32,000 nucleotides of DNA, taken from assembly GCF_000155895.1 (NCBI RefSeq), contig NZ_DS995298.1, positions 1,110,001 through 1,142,000 on the forward strand, written 5' to 3'. How positions within the stretch are numbered: position 1 is the first letter of the stretch; every line of letters starts with the position of its first letter. The notes beneath the pieces are model-generated. The model did not search any database. It saw nothing but the letters and a program-made list of their open reading frames with translations, and was not told where the DNA came from. Shown one piece after another: positions 1 through 9,085 of this stretch. Source of the stretch: Candidatus Pelagibacter sp. HTCC7211 (GTDB taxonomy: Bacteria; Pseudomonadota; Alphaproteobacteria; Pelagibacterales; Pelagibacteraceae). The translations under genes were made by a program, and so were the position numbers.

Positions 1-165
1 ATTCAATCTTTAGATGAAATTCCTTTAGGACATAAAATTGCAATGACTGATCTAAATGAAGGTGACACAATTCTTAAATATGGTCATGATATAGGAAAAG
101 TCGTTAAATCAATTAAAAAAGGTGAGCACGTTCACGTTCACAATGTTAAAACAAAGAAGTGGTAG
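1..165 (+). CDS. 3' end of the SAF-domain small subunit of a split UxaA-family dehydratase (SuyA-like); partial, the start lies upstream of the window
   Basis: Frame 1 reads [54 protein letters not shown] then TAG (163-165). The IPxGHKxA...GxxxxKYGxxIG...GEHVHxHN pattern is typical of the SAF / N-terminal domain of altronate dehydratase-family proteins. The next gene starts 4 nt later. Confidence 0.65.
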   Translation: MQSLDEIPLGHKIAMTDLNEGDTILKYGHDIGKVVKSIKKGEHVHVHNVKTKKW

Positions 166-169
166 TAAT

Positions 170-1336
170 ATGGAAATTCCAAAGAGTTTTTTAGGTTATA
201 AAAGAGAAAATGGTAGAGCTGGTACTAGAAATCACGTAATCATTCTACCTGTTGATGATATTTCAAATGCATGTGCTGAAGCAGTAGCAAACAACATTAA
301 AGGTACTATTGCGCTTCCCCATTCATATGGAAGACTTCAGTTTGGTGCAGACTTAGAGCTTCATTTTAGAACAATGATTGGTACTGGCTGTAATCCAAAT
401 GTAGCAGCTGTAATAGTTATAGGTATTGAGCCTAAATGGACTAAAAAAATTGTTGATGGTATAGCAAAAACTGGAAAACCAGTTGAAGGATTTCATATAG
501 AGCGTACAGGTGACATAGGAACAACTATGAAAGCCTCAAAAAAAGCTCAAGAATTTGTCATGTGGGCATCAGAAAAACAAAGAGAAGAATGTCCAATGAG
601 TGATCTTTGGATATCAGTAAAATGTGGTGAGTCTGATACGACTTCAGGTTTAGCTGCAAACCCTACAGTAGGTAATCTTATGGATAAATTAGAACCAATG
701 GGTGTTCATTTATGTTTTGGTGAAACTTCTGAATTAACTGGTGCTGAACAAGTTTGCGCTACAAGAGGTGCTACTCAAGAAGCATCAGACAAGTTTATGA
801 AAACTTGGAATGATTATAATGATTTTATTTTAAAAGAAGCAACTGATGATCTTTCAGAAAGTCAACCTACTGCAGGCAATATTGCAGGTGGATTAACTAC
901 TATTGAAGAAAAAGCATTTGGAAATTTTCAAAAAATCGGAAACTGTAAATTTATAGATGTCTTAGAACCTGCTGAGGAGCCAACTAAAGGTAAAGGTTTG
1001 TATTTTATGGATACTTCATCTGCAGCAGCAGAGTGTGTAACTCTTCAAGCAGCAGCTGGTTTTAACATTCATTTGTTTCCAACAGGACAAGGTAATATTG
1101 TCGGCAATCCGATCGAACCTGTTGTAAAATTAACTGCAAATCCATTAACTGTAAAAGGTATGGGTGAGCATATTGACTGTGATGTTTCAAAAATATTAAC
1201 TCGTGAAATGAATATGTCTCAAGCAGGAGATGAATTAATTAAAACAACTTTAAGGGTAGCTAACGGAAGATTAACTTGTGCAGAAGCTTTAGGTCATAAA
1301 GAATTTGTGATGACTAAACTCTACAGAAGTGCATAA
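170..1336 (+). CDS. UxaA-family dehydratase large subunit (SuyB-like; candidate sulfolactate sulfo-lyase large subunit)
   Basis: The ORF-track frame is 122-1336. I prefer the ATG at 170 ([28 protein letters not shown]...), which follows the upstream stop. Motifs [14 protein letters not shown] and [18 protein letters not shown] are characteristic of the UxaA/GarD C-terminal domain. The size (388 aa) and the separate SAF subunit match the two-subunit SuyAB architecture. Confidence 0.7.
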   Translation: MEIPKSFLGYKRENGRAGTRNHVIILPVDDISNACAEAVANNIKGTIALPHSYGRLQFGADLELHFRTMIGTGCNPNVAAVIVIGIEPKWTKKIVDGIAKTGKPVEGFHIERTGDIGTTMKASKKAQEFVMWASEKQREECPMSDLWISVKCGESDTTSGLAANPTVGNLMDKLEPMGVHLCFGETSELTGAEQVCATRGATQEASDKFMKTWNDYNDFILKEATDDLSESQPTAGNIAGGLTTIEEKAFGNFQKIGNCKFIDVLEPAEEPTKGKGLYFMDTSSAAAECVTLQAAAGFNIHLFPTGQGNIVGNPIEPVVKLTANPLTVKGMGEHIDCDVSKILTREMNMSQAGDELIKTTLRVANGRLTCAEALGHKEFVMTKLYRSA

Positions 1337-2426
1337 AGTTTCTGTGCTAATTAACTTTAAGTATCTCAAGTCTATTTTACCAGGTGTTATTTTAGCTTTA
1401 GTATTTTGTTTATTTTCTCAAGGAATTAATAATGTATTAGCAATAGAAATTTTCGGAACTCCCAAAAGTCCAATTTCAACTGTACTAATAGCTATACTTC
1501 TTGGAATTTTAATGGGTAATGCATTTACACCAAGACCAGGAATGATGATTGGTTTGGATTTTACTCAACAATATATATTAAAATTAGGAATAATATTTTT
1601 AGGTATTAGATTAAGTTTTGCAGATTTTATTAAGTTTGGTTCAATTGCAATTCCATTAATTATAATTTGTATCGTGGGGGTTTTAATTTTAATTAAATTA
1701 CTAATTAAAAAAGTACCTATCTCCTCAAAAATGTCTTATCTAATAGCTATAGGCACAAGTGTATGTGGAGCAACAGCAATAGTCGCAACTGCTCCAGTTA
1801 TTAATGCAAAAAAATCTGAAGTAGCTTATGCAATTGCAAATATTACTTTATTTGGTGTAATCGCAATGCTGTTATATCCATATTTTGCTGAATGGTATTT
1901 TGATAATCAGTCGTTAAATGTTGGATTATTTCTGGGAACTTCTATTCATGAGACCTCTCAAGTAGCTGCAGCTGGATTGATTTATGATCAACAGTTTAAT
2001 AGCCCTGAAACATTAAATGTAGCAACAGTAACAAAGCTAATTAGAAATACTTTCCTTGTAATATTGATACCTTTATTTGCATTTTTATATAATAGAGGTG
2101 AATTTAAAGGTCAAAAATACTCAATTTTTAATATTTTTCCTTATTTTGTTTTAGGTTTTATTGGGATGATAATTGTAAGAAATTTAGGTGATCAATTATA
2201 TCCTACAGGAAGTAATAACCATGAAATTTGGGTTAATCTAATTGAATATTTAAAAATTTTAGCAACTGTTTTCTTAACAATGGCTATGGCAGCTGTTGGA
2301 ATTTCTATCAATCTAAGTGAATTAAAATCAATGGGTTATAAACCTTTTGTTGTTGGTTTGATTGCAGCTGTTACAGTTGGAATTATAAGTCTAATCTATA
2401 TTGAAACTCTACAAAAATTTATTTAA
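1329..2426 (+). CDS. YeiH/UPF0324 family putative sulfate exporter (SuyZ/TauZ-like, PSE family)
   Basis: 365-aa polytopic membrane protein with the conserved [14 protein letters not shown] segment of UPF0324. It overlaps the preceding gene by 8 nt, which suggests translational coupling. Confidence 0.7.
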   Translation: MHKVSVLINFKYLKSILPGVILALVFCLFSQGINNVLAIEIFGTPKSPISTVLIAILLGILMGNAFTPRPGMMIGLDFTQQYILKLGIIFLGIRLSFADFIKFGSIAIPLIIICIVGVLILIKLLIKKVPISSKMSYLIAIGTSVCGATAIVATAPVINAKKSEVAYAIANITLFGVIAMLLYPYFAEWYFDNQSLNVGLFLGTSIHETSQVAAAGLIYDQQFNSPETLNVATVTKLIRNTFLVILIPLFAFLYNRGEFKGQKYSIFNIFPYFVLGFIGMIIVRNLGDQLYPTGSNNHEIWVNLIEYLKILATVFLTMAMAAVGISINLSELKSMGYKPFVVGLIAAVTVGIISLIYIETLQKFI

Positions 2427-2438
2427 TAAATTTCAAAA

Positions 2439-3518
2439 CTAAGATTTTACAGACATTTTTTTTTTAAAATTCGAAATAAATCTTCTTATAAAGGCTGCTG
2501 CTACTCCTAAAAATACAGCAAACATAATTGAAAATAATCCATAGAAAAATGGCATCTCTTCAGAAAATTGTTTAATAAACAGAGAGAAAAAATTTAATTC
2601 CGTATTTAAAACTTTAACTGTTTCTTTTTGAATTTCTTCTGCAAAAAAACTATCATAAGCTATAGCTATACCAACTATTAAAAGTAAAATTGCTAACAAA
2701 GCTCTAAGCCCTGAACTATTAATCCTTTCACCTAATTTTTGTCCTAATTGAACACCAATTATAGATCCAATAACCAACATAAAAACTAACAATAAATCTA
2801 TCGAACCATAATTAAATGAATGCAAAAAAGTTACAATTACACTTACAAATATTGTTACAAACAATGAAGTTCCTGGAACTAATTTTGTAGGCATCTTTAT
2901 AATGTAAATCATTGCAGGCACTAAAATGAATGCACCACCTATACCCATGATTGCTGCGATAAAACCTACTAATAATCCTATAATTATTGGAGTAAATGCA
3001 CTCTCATATAATTTAGATTTCGGAAATCTCATTCTAAACGGAAGACCATGTATCCAATAGTGAACATGTAATTTTTTTTTAATTAAAAGATTTTTTTTAG
3101 CCTTATCAATTTCACCAAGGCTTTCGACTAACATTAGAGTACCAATAATTGCCAGTATATACATGTAGGCTAGAGAGATAACTGTATCTATTTTTCCAAT
3201 TCCTTTAAAATATGTAAAGGTATAAATACCAAGGGAGGTTCCAATGGTTCCACCTATAACAATCATTAAACCCATTTTGTAATCTAAAGTATTTTTTAGA
3301 TAATGTGTTGTAGAGCCTGATACTGATGTTGCTAAAATATTATTAGCCTCATTTGCAACAGCATATGCGGGTGGAACACCTAAAAAAATTAAAAATGGTG
3401 TCATTAAAAAACCACCGCCTACTCCAAATAAACCTGAGAGAACACCAACAATTGCACTTAAAAAAAGTATTTCAATAGGATTAACAAATACTTGTGCGAT
3501 TGGTAAAAATACTTCCAT
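2439..3518 (-). CDS. TauE/SafE (DUF81/TSUP) family sulfite exporter-like permease, long form
   Basis: 359-aa membrane protein with the duplicated TSUP glycine-rich motifs GVGGGFLMTPFL and GIGGAFILVPAMIY, separated by a basic loop. Confidence 0.7.
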   Translation of the reverse strand: MEVFLPIAQVFVNPIEILFLSAIVGVLSGLFGVGGGFLMTPFLIFLGVPPAYAVANEANNILATSVSGSTTHYLKNTLDYKMGLMIVIGGTIGTSLGIYTFTYFKGIGKIDTVISLAYMYILAIIGTLMLVESLGEIDKAKKNLLIKKKLHVHYWIHGLPFRMRFPKSKLYESAFTPIIIGLLVGFIAAIMGIGGAFILVPAMIYIIKMPTKLVPGTSLFVTIFVSVIVTFLHSFNYGSIDLLLVFMLVIGSIIGVQLGQKLGERINSSGLRALLAILLLIVGIAIAYDSFFAEEIQKETVKVLNTELNFFSLFIKQFSEEMPFFYGLFSIMFAVFLGVAAAFIRRFISNFKKKMSVKS

Positions 3519-3547
3519 AAAAAATTTAAAAGTTATTTAAAAATAAC

Positions 3548-3682
3548 TTAGTTAAAAGTGATAAAAGTTCCAACTAAAATAACACCCCAATAAGCAGCTA
3601 GGCTTAAAAATATACCAGTTTTAATAAAAGTTGCTTTTAAGTTTTGAAGTTTGTTTATGATTTTTACGTTAGAAAATTGCAT
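3548..3682 (-). CDS. Unannotated 44-aa small membrane protein candidate
   Basis: My own translation of the minus strand gives MQFSNVKIINKLQNLKATFIKTGIFLSLAAYWGVILVGTFITFN*. It has an ATG start and one clear hydrophobic helix. It sits co-directionally between the 116-aa ORF and tauE, in a genome with almost no non-coding DNA. Confidence 0.3.
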   Translation of the reverse strand: MQFSNVKIINKLQNLKATFIKTGIFLSLAAYWGVILVGTFITFN

Positions 3683-3753
3683 TTAATCCGTCAATACACC
3701 CATAACGTTATTTGTCAAACAATTATTTTATAATTTGGATTAATTATTTTTGT

Positions 3754-4104
3754 TTAGTAGATGGTTGCTCCAAAGACTTTAACCACATCATCTTCAACAC
3801 CAAGCACTAGCCTACCAAGAAATTCTCCTGAGATCTCTTTATTAGTTTGCTTGATTAAGACTGTGATGTGAACACCTCTTCTAAGACAGCCAAATGGTTC
3901 AAATGTTTCTTTTAAATTAGTGATTATCTTATTATTTGCCCACTGCTTGCCAAGTTCGACCTCATTAGCTCCAAACAGCATTTGTGTCGAAAAGTCCCTT
4001 GTAAACCCTCCGTAGTCCTTAAGATTTGAAGATTTCACTAAATTATCCCAGATAGGTTTAGCTACCGCATAAACCTCATCATCTGTCATCGACAATATAT
4101 CCAT
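3754..4104 (-). CDS. Hypothetical 116-aa soluble protein, co-transcribed downstream of aprA
   Basis: Clean ORF starting 21 nt after the aprA stop on the same strand. I recognise no motif. It has no TM segment and a single Cys (FGCLRRG). Confidence 0.6.
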   Translation of the reverse strand: MDILSMTDDEVYAVAKPIWDNLVKSSNLKDYGGFTRDFSTQMLFGANEVELGKQWANNKIITNLKETFEPFGCLRRGVHITVLIKQTNKEISGEFLGRLVLGVEDDVVKVFGATIY

Positions 4105-4125
4105 ACTGAGTACTTAAAAATTTAA

Positions 4126-5985
4126 TTAAGAAGCTTTTTTCTTCTCGTTCTCGTCCACGATATGATAGACAGGAACTTTCTCCATACTAAATTTACCAGT
4201 TTTAGGGTCTCTTCTAGAGACTGTTAGGCAATGCCAGTTATCATCATCAAGTTTCATATGATCACCTCTGTAATAATATCCGGGCCATCTCGTTTCTTCT
4301 CTAAACATAGTATGTTCTGTTACACACTGTGAAGTAAGAGCTCTGTGTTTAAGCTCCCAAGCTCTCATTAGTTGGTGATAATCCTCAGCCCCAACATTTT
4401 CAAGATCTTCCTCTAACCAAGCTAAAAGCTCCAAACCTCTCTTTAACATATTAGCATTAGTCATATAATTAGTTGCGATTCCCCCTACATATTCGTCCAT
4501 TATTCTTTGTAAACGCTGTAATCCTTGAATTGGAGAGATGTAACTAGGAGACACTGTACCTCCAGTTATTTCATTTTGAGCAACTGTATATGTTTCTAGA
4601 GGTTTATAAACTTTAGTTTTAAAATCTTCACATTGTTTATCAGATACCTTTAAACCTTCAGCCTTTTTATCTTCAATATACTTAACTGCTGCTTTTGCAG
4701 CTAATCTACCTTCTGTAAAAGAGCCTGATGAAAATTTGTGAGCACTTCCACCTACAGTATCACCAGCTCCAAAAAGTCCATCAATTGTAAGCATTCTATT
4801 GTATCCCCAGAAATATTCTGGAGGAGATAAATCTTCTGGTCCACTTACCCATGCTCCTGAACATGTTGCGTGAGAACCCATAACATAAGGCTCAGATGTA
4901 GTTAATTCCGGATTAGTATATTTTGGATCGATATTTTGAGAAGCCCAAACAACTGCTTGACCAACTGTCATACCTAAAAAGTTTTCCCATCCAACAGTTT
5001 CTAAATGTGGGTCTTGGAAGGCTTCAGTTGTTACCATATGAATTGGTCCACCACCTGCCATAGTTTCTTGAATAAAAGCATGGTTTCTTAAACAGGTTGG
5101 AGTTGGGTGATGATCAATATACTCTCCAACTAACTCTTTAGTTTGCTCATACCATTTTTTTTCATAGTTTTCACCGTTAGCATTTTGTGTATAAGTTTTT
5201 AAATGTAAAAAATAAGCACCAACAGGTCCATATCCATCTTTAAATCTGCATAACACAATTCTGTTTTCCATTTGTGTCATTTTTGCACCTGCAGCAATCG
5301 GTAAGGCATATGCTGAACCATTACTCCACGGAGCATACCAAGTTCTTCCCATACCTTCACCTACAGCTCTAGGCTTAAATATATGAGAAGCACCACCAGC
5401 AGCTACAATTACTGCTCTAGCTCTAAACACATGAAAGTCTCCAGTTCTCATATTAAATCCAACAGCTCCACCTACTCTGTTTTCTTGAGACTCATCCATT
5501 AATAAATGAGTAATCATTATTCTGTTGTAAATTTTATCAGCAGATTTTTTTGCTGCTTCTGCAACAATAGGTTTATAACTTTCACCATGAATCATGATTT
5601 GCCATTTACCTTCTCTTAAATATCTACCAGTTTCTTCATTCTTCATCATTGGAAGGCCCCACTCATCAAACATATGAACTGTTGAGTCTACGTGTCTTGC
5701 CATGTCATAACCTAAATCTTCTCTAACCATTCCCATTAAATCATTTCTTGCATATCTTACATGATCTTCTGGTTGGTTCTCACCCCACTGCATACCCATG
5801 TAGCAGTTAATAGCATAAAGTCCTTGAGCAACTGCTCCACTTCTATCAATGTTAGCTTTTTCAACACAAATAATTTTCATGTCTCTACCCCAGTGTCTAG
5901 CTTCAAAAGTAGCACCCGTTCCAGCCATACCTCCACCAACAACTAGAACATCGCATTCTTCATAATGTGTTTTATGCTTAGCCAT
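4126..5985 (-). CDS. aprA: Adenylylsulfate (APS) reductase alpha subunit
   Basis: 619 aa with the N-terminal FAD fold CDVLVVGGGMAGTGATFEA and length and overall pattern of AprA. Its start codon overlaps the aprB stop (TAATG). Confidence 0.9.
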   Translation of the reverse strand: MAKHKTHYEECDVLVVGGGMAGTGATFEARHWGRDMKIICVEKANIDRSGAVAQGLYAINCYMGMQWGENQPEDHVRYARNDLMGMVREDLGYDMARHVDSTVHMFDEWGLPMMKNEETGRYLREGKWQIMIHGESYKPIVAEAAKKSADKIYNRIMITHLLMDESQENRVGGAVGFNMRTGDFHVFRARAVIVAAGGASHIFKPRAVGEGMGRTWYAPWSNGSAYALPIAAGAKMTQMENRIVLCRFKDGYGPVGAYFLHLKTYTQNANGENYEKKWYEQTKELVGEYIDHHPTPTCLRNHAFIQETMAGGGPIHMVTTEAFQDPHLETVGWENFLGMTVGQAVVWASQNIDPKYTNPELTTSEPYVMGSHATCSGAWVSGPEDLSPPEYFWGYNRMLTIDGLFGAGDTVGGSAHKFSSGSFTEGRLAAKAAVKYIEDKKAEGLKVSDKQCEDFKTKVYKPLETYTVAQNEITGGTVSPSYISPIQGLQRLQRIMDEYVGGIATNYMTNANMLKRGLELLAWLEEDLENVGAEDYHQLMRAWELKHRALTSQCVTEHTMFREETRWPGYYYRGDHMKLDDDNWHCLTVSRRDPKTGKFSMEKVPVYHIVDENEKKKAS

Positions 5986-6455
5986 TAGTAGTAAACTCCT
6001 TTTTTAAAGGATTCTTTTGGTACCGCAGGTAATTCACCATCAATATTAAGTCCTTCAGGTTCTGTGTATAAACGTTGTGAGTTAATTTCACCTTGGTTCG
6101 GCTTATCTCCATCAGCAAGCTTTGGAATAAATTTTCCCCATGGTTTTGTTGTAATTGGTGAAACAAAATCTTTTGTTGTTCCATTTCTAAATTTTATCTT
6201 CCAAGAAATAGTTCCTTTTTCTTCTTCACGTCTAACTCTAACACTGTGTCCCATTGGAGCAAAGTCAGCGTATCCTCTTACATCAATTGCATGATTTGGA
6301 CACGCTTTTACACATGAATAACATTCCCAACAAAAGTTAGGCTCAATATTTTTTGCACGTCTTATATTTTCATCAATGTGCATTATATCTGACGGACAAA
6401 TATCTACGCAATGACCACATCCATCACATCTAGTCATATATACAAATGTTGACAT
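5985..6455 (-). CDS. aprB: Adenylylsulfate (APS) reductase beta subunit, 2x[4Fe-4S]
   Basis: Two ferredoxin cysteine clusters (CDGCGHCVDICP and CWECYSCVKACP) plus the AprB-type C-terminal tail. It lies immediately upstream of aprA. Confidence 0.9.
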   Translation of the reverse strand: MSTFVYMTRCDGCGHCVDICPSDIMHIDENIRRAKNIEPNFCWECYSCVKACPNHAIDVRGYADFAPMGHSVRVRREEEKGTISWKIKFRNGTTKDFVSPITTKPWGKFIPKLADGDKPNQGEINSQRLYTEPEGLNIDGELPAVPKESFKKGVYY

Positions 6456-6486
6456 AATTTAATTTATTCCTTTTCTAGTTAACATA

Positions 6487-7281
6487 TTAATAGTGTTTTG
6501 GCTCTTCTCTTTTTATGCCTAGGCCAAATTGCTCAGGCGCTTCAGCTGGTGGAGGTAAATTATCTCTAGATCCATCAGCTTCAGCCAAATTTTTTTGTAT
6601 TGCTGCCCCTGGTTTATAAAACATATGAGCAAATTTAGACCAATAAACTCCACCAAATAAAACTAAATTTGAAACTACAAATAAAGTTAAAAACAAAAAT
6701 GAAATTCCTGTCTGACCATTAAATTGTGTGTATGACCAAGCTAACCCAAAAGTAGAACAAGCTAATAAAGCTAACACAAATAAATCTGCTTTAATTATTC
6801 TATACCAAGGATGAGCCTCTGCAGAGACATCAACTCTTAAAAAGAACCAGAACCAATATCCACCTACACAAGTTAATATTGCCCCAACATGCCATAAAAC
6901 AGACCACATTGATGAAGAAGTTTTATCAGCACCTGTATAGCAAAATACTAATACTGCTGAAGATATCCAAAATATTATAGTACCGTACATACCTAATACA
7001 TGAGATAATCTTCTTTTTCCAAATCCTAATTCTGAAGTAGTTCCAATGTCTACAACTGCTGTTTTTGCAATGATTGAAGCTTTCTCTCCAGCACCTATTT
7101 CTCTAGTTGCTTGAAGTTTTGCTTTTTTTGCATTGTTAAAAAAATAAGTAATATTTTTATGATGTATCATCTGAATTATTGTTCCTAAAGCAATCAAAAC
7201 TATCATTGCAACAATAAAGCTTTGCATAGCAAATGGCGAAACTGTTTCAGCTAAAACAGAAAATGGATTAGTTCCCAACAT
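6487..7281 (-). CDS. aprM: AprM-type membrane anchor / electron-transfer partner of AprBA (NarI/HdrE/DsrM-like b-type cytochrome)
   Basis: 264-aa protein with about 5-6 hydrophobic helices and conserved His in the helices (IHHKN, WHVGA, FAHMFYKPG). It sits directly upstream of aprB with a 31-nt spacer, which is the known aprM-aprB-aprA arrangement. Confidence 0.65.
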   Translation of the reverse strand: MLGTNPFSVLAETVSPFAMQSFIVAMIVLIALGTIIQMIHHKNITYFFNNAKKAKLQATREIGAGEKASIIAKTAVVDIGTTSELGFGKRRLSHVLGMYGTIIFWISSAVLVFCYTGADKTSSSMWSVLWHVGAILTCVGGYWFWFFLRVDVSAEAHPWYRIIKADLFVLALLACSTFGLAWSYTQFNGQTGISFLFLTLFVVSNLVLFGGVYWSKFAHMFYKPGAAIQKNLAEADGSRDNLPPPAEAPEQFGLGIKREEPKHY

Positions 7282-7392
7282 ATTACCCTTAATGTTAAAA
7301 ATTTTATTAAAATAAAAAGATTTTCTAAACTAGTTAATTCTATAGATCAACCTTAACTATTGGTCAATGTGTCTTTAATAACAACCTGTAAT

Positions 7393-7791
7393 TTATATTT
7401 TTCTTTTATAATGCTGTTTTTTTGGGATTACTGATCTCACTCCACCTTGTGGGTTTTCAACATCATCTTCTCTTCTTGGAATCACATGAATGTGACAGTG
7501 CATAATTGATTGACCAGATTCTTTACCTGCATTAGTTCCAATGTTAAATGCTTTAACAGTTTGATCCTTATTTAAAATTTCATTTTTAATTATCTTAATT
7601 AAATCATTGCAAGCAATTATTTCATTGTTTGTTAATTCAAAATAATCACTCATATGTCTTTTTGGAATTATCAGGCAATGATATTCTGAAACTGGATAAG
7701 AGTCATAACTTGCATAAGCTAAATTATTTTCATGCGCAACTCCACTAATTTTAGGATTGCAGAATAAACAAGGATCATTGGGATCTTTCAT
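7393..7791 (-). CDS. HIT-family nucleotide hydrolase/transferase
   Basis: Histidine-triad motif HCHIHVIP and the N-terminal CLFC element. 132 aa. It starts 3 nt after the pabC stop and ends 111 nt upstream of aprM. Confidence 0.85.
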   Translation of the reverse strand: MKDPNDPCLFCNPKISGVAHENNLAYASYDSYPVSEYHCLIIPKRHMSDYFELTNNEIIACNDLIKIIKNEILNKDQTVKAFNIGTNAGKESGQSIMHCHIHVIPRREDDVENPQGGVRSVIPKKQHYKRKI

Positions 7792-7794
7792 AAT

Positions 7795-8565
7795 CTATTT
7801 ATACCTTGGGCATTTGTTAATTGCCGATTGATAATGTTTTGAAAGAATTTTATAAAATTTTAGGCTTTTTCTTTTCCATTTTATTTGGTTAATGGTTTTT
7901 ACTGAAGCAACTCCTTTTCCAGATCCAATCAAAATAATTTCATCAAACTCTTTTAAATTACTAACAAAAATATCTTTTCTTGTAATTTTTTTTATTTTTG
8001 ACTTAAAAAATTTGTATGTAATACCTTTGTAAAATTTATCAATTGGTGAAAAGAATTTACCATCCTTAACAAAAAGTAAGTTAGAAGTTCCGGTTTCAAA
8101 AATTTTTTTATTTGAGCATAACCCAATATCTGATTTTGAATTATCAAGTTTGGATAAATGTTTTATTATTTCTTTATATTTTAAATTTTTAAATTCAGGT
8201 TTTTGTCTTTTTAGTTTTACTAATTTTAAATTAAAATTTAACTTTGGCTTGATACGTTTTCTTAATGAAATTGAAAGAATGCCTTTATTAACAGCAACTC
8301 TTAATAAATGATTATATCTTACTTTTGAATCAATATTATTTTTAATTAATCTTAAAATATTTGATCTTAATGATGATTTAGATATTGAGAAAGCTTTAGC
8401 AGATTTGATTAAGTTATTAATATGTTCTTTAAAGAAAAGAATTTTTGAAGGATTTTTAAATATCCACATTGTTGTAAACACACCACGATCTCCCCAAAGA
8501 TCTTTAAATTCAATTTCTTTAAGATCTTTAAGCTGATAAGATTTTTTTAATAAGTATTTTACCAT
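7795..8565 (-). CDS. pabC: Aminodeoxychorismate lyase-like class IV aminotransferase-fold protein
   Basis: Class IV fold signatures GDRGVFTTM near the N-terminus and ETGTSNLLFVKDGKFFSP. It follows pabB-pabA in the same operon. Confidence 0.6.
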   Translation of the reverse strand: MVKYLLKKSYQLKDLKEIEFKDLWGDRGVFTTMWIFKNPSKILFFKEHINNLIKSAKAFSISKSSLRSNILRLIKNNIDSKVRYNHLLRVAVNKGILSISLRKRIKPKLNFNLKLVKLKRQKPEFKNLKYKEIIKHLSKLDNSKSDIGLCSNKKIFETGTSNLLFVKDGKFFSPIDKFYKGITYKFFKSKIKKITRKDIFVSNLKEFDEIILIGSGKGVASVKTINQIKWKRKSLKFYKILSKHYQSAINKCPRYK

Positions 8566-9085
8566 TTAAAGTTAAAAATGATTCTGGGTGAAATTGAAAT
8601 CCATAAATTTTATCAATGTTATTTTCAAATGACATTGCGGCTCCTGAAATAACACATCTCATTGTTATGTCAAAATTTTCTGCTACAAAGGGTTCTTTTA
8701 ATTTTAAAGAATGATAACGACCAACTTTAAATTTGCGTCCAGTGTTAAATAGTTTACTTGATTTATTAACCAATACTTCTGATTGAAATCCGTGATAAAT
8801 TTTACTTTGTTCAATTATACTAGCTCCTTCACAAAATAATATTTGCTGAAACCCCAGACAAATCCCAATTATTTTCTTTTTACCCTTAAATTTCTTATAA
8901 ATTTTTGAGGACAATGGATAATCTTTTGGAGAACCTGGTCCTGGAGAAAAAACAATTGTTGATGCTTGATTTAATTTTGAGTTGTTAATTTTACTAAAAT
9001 CATCACACACGACATTATCAAATAATGAAAATTGATGAACCACATTATGTGTAAACGAGTCTTTGTGATCAATTACATATATCAT
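8528..9085 (-). CDS. pabA: Aminodeoxychorismate/anthranilate synthase glutamine amidotransferase component II
   Basis: Type-1 GATase triad context: GICLGFQ (nucleophile Cys) and GFQFHPES (His/Glu). It overlaps pabB by 4 nt. Confidence 0.85.
   Translation of the reverse strand: MIYVIDHKDSFTHNVVHQFSLFDNVVCDDFSKINNSKLNQASTIVFSPGPGSPKDYPLSSKIYKKFKGKKKIIGICLGFQQILFCEGASIIEQSKIYHGFQSEVLVNKSSKLFNTGRKFKVGRYHSLKLKEPFVAENFDITMRCVISGAAMSFENNIDKIYGFQFHPESFLTLNGKILIKKILSA

Noticed and set aside
122-169. ORF-track N-terminal extension ([16 protein letters not shown]) of the UxaA large subunit, starting at GTG 122
   Set aside because: It lies entirely inside the upstream SAF-subunit gene in another frame. 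The ATG at 170, right after the upstream TAG-TAA, gives the conserved N-terminus, so the extension is an ORF-calling artefact.
3530-3549. 9-2-9 inverted repeat AAGTTATTT-AA-AAATAACTT just upstream of tauE
   Set aside because: It is an all-AT-rich stem with a 2-nt centre. By rough composition estimates, 9-bp inverted repeats of this kind are expected by chance several times in 32 kb of AT-rich DNA, so it is not reportable as a regulatory site on its own.
5761-6294. ORFs 5761-5946(+), 5978-6184(-) and 6064-6294(+)
   Set aside because: These are antisense or out-of-frame shadows inside aprA/aprB, whose own frames carry unmistakable motifs. The shadow translations are low-complexity, with no starts in a sensible context.
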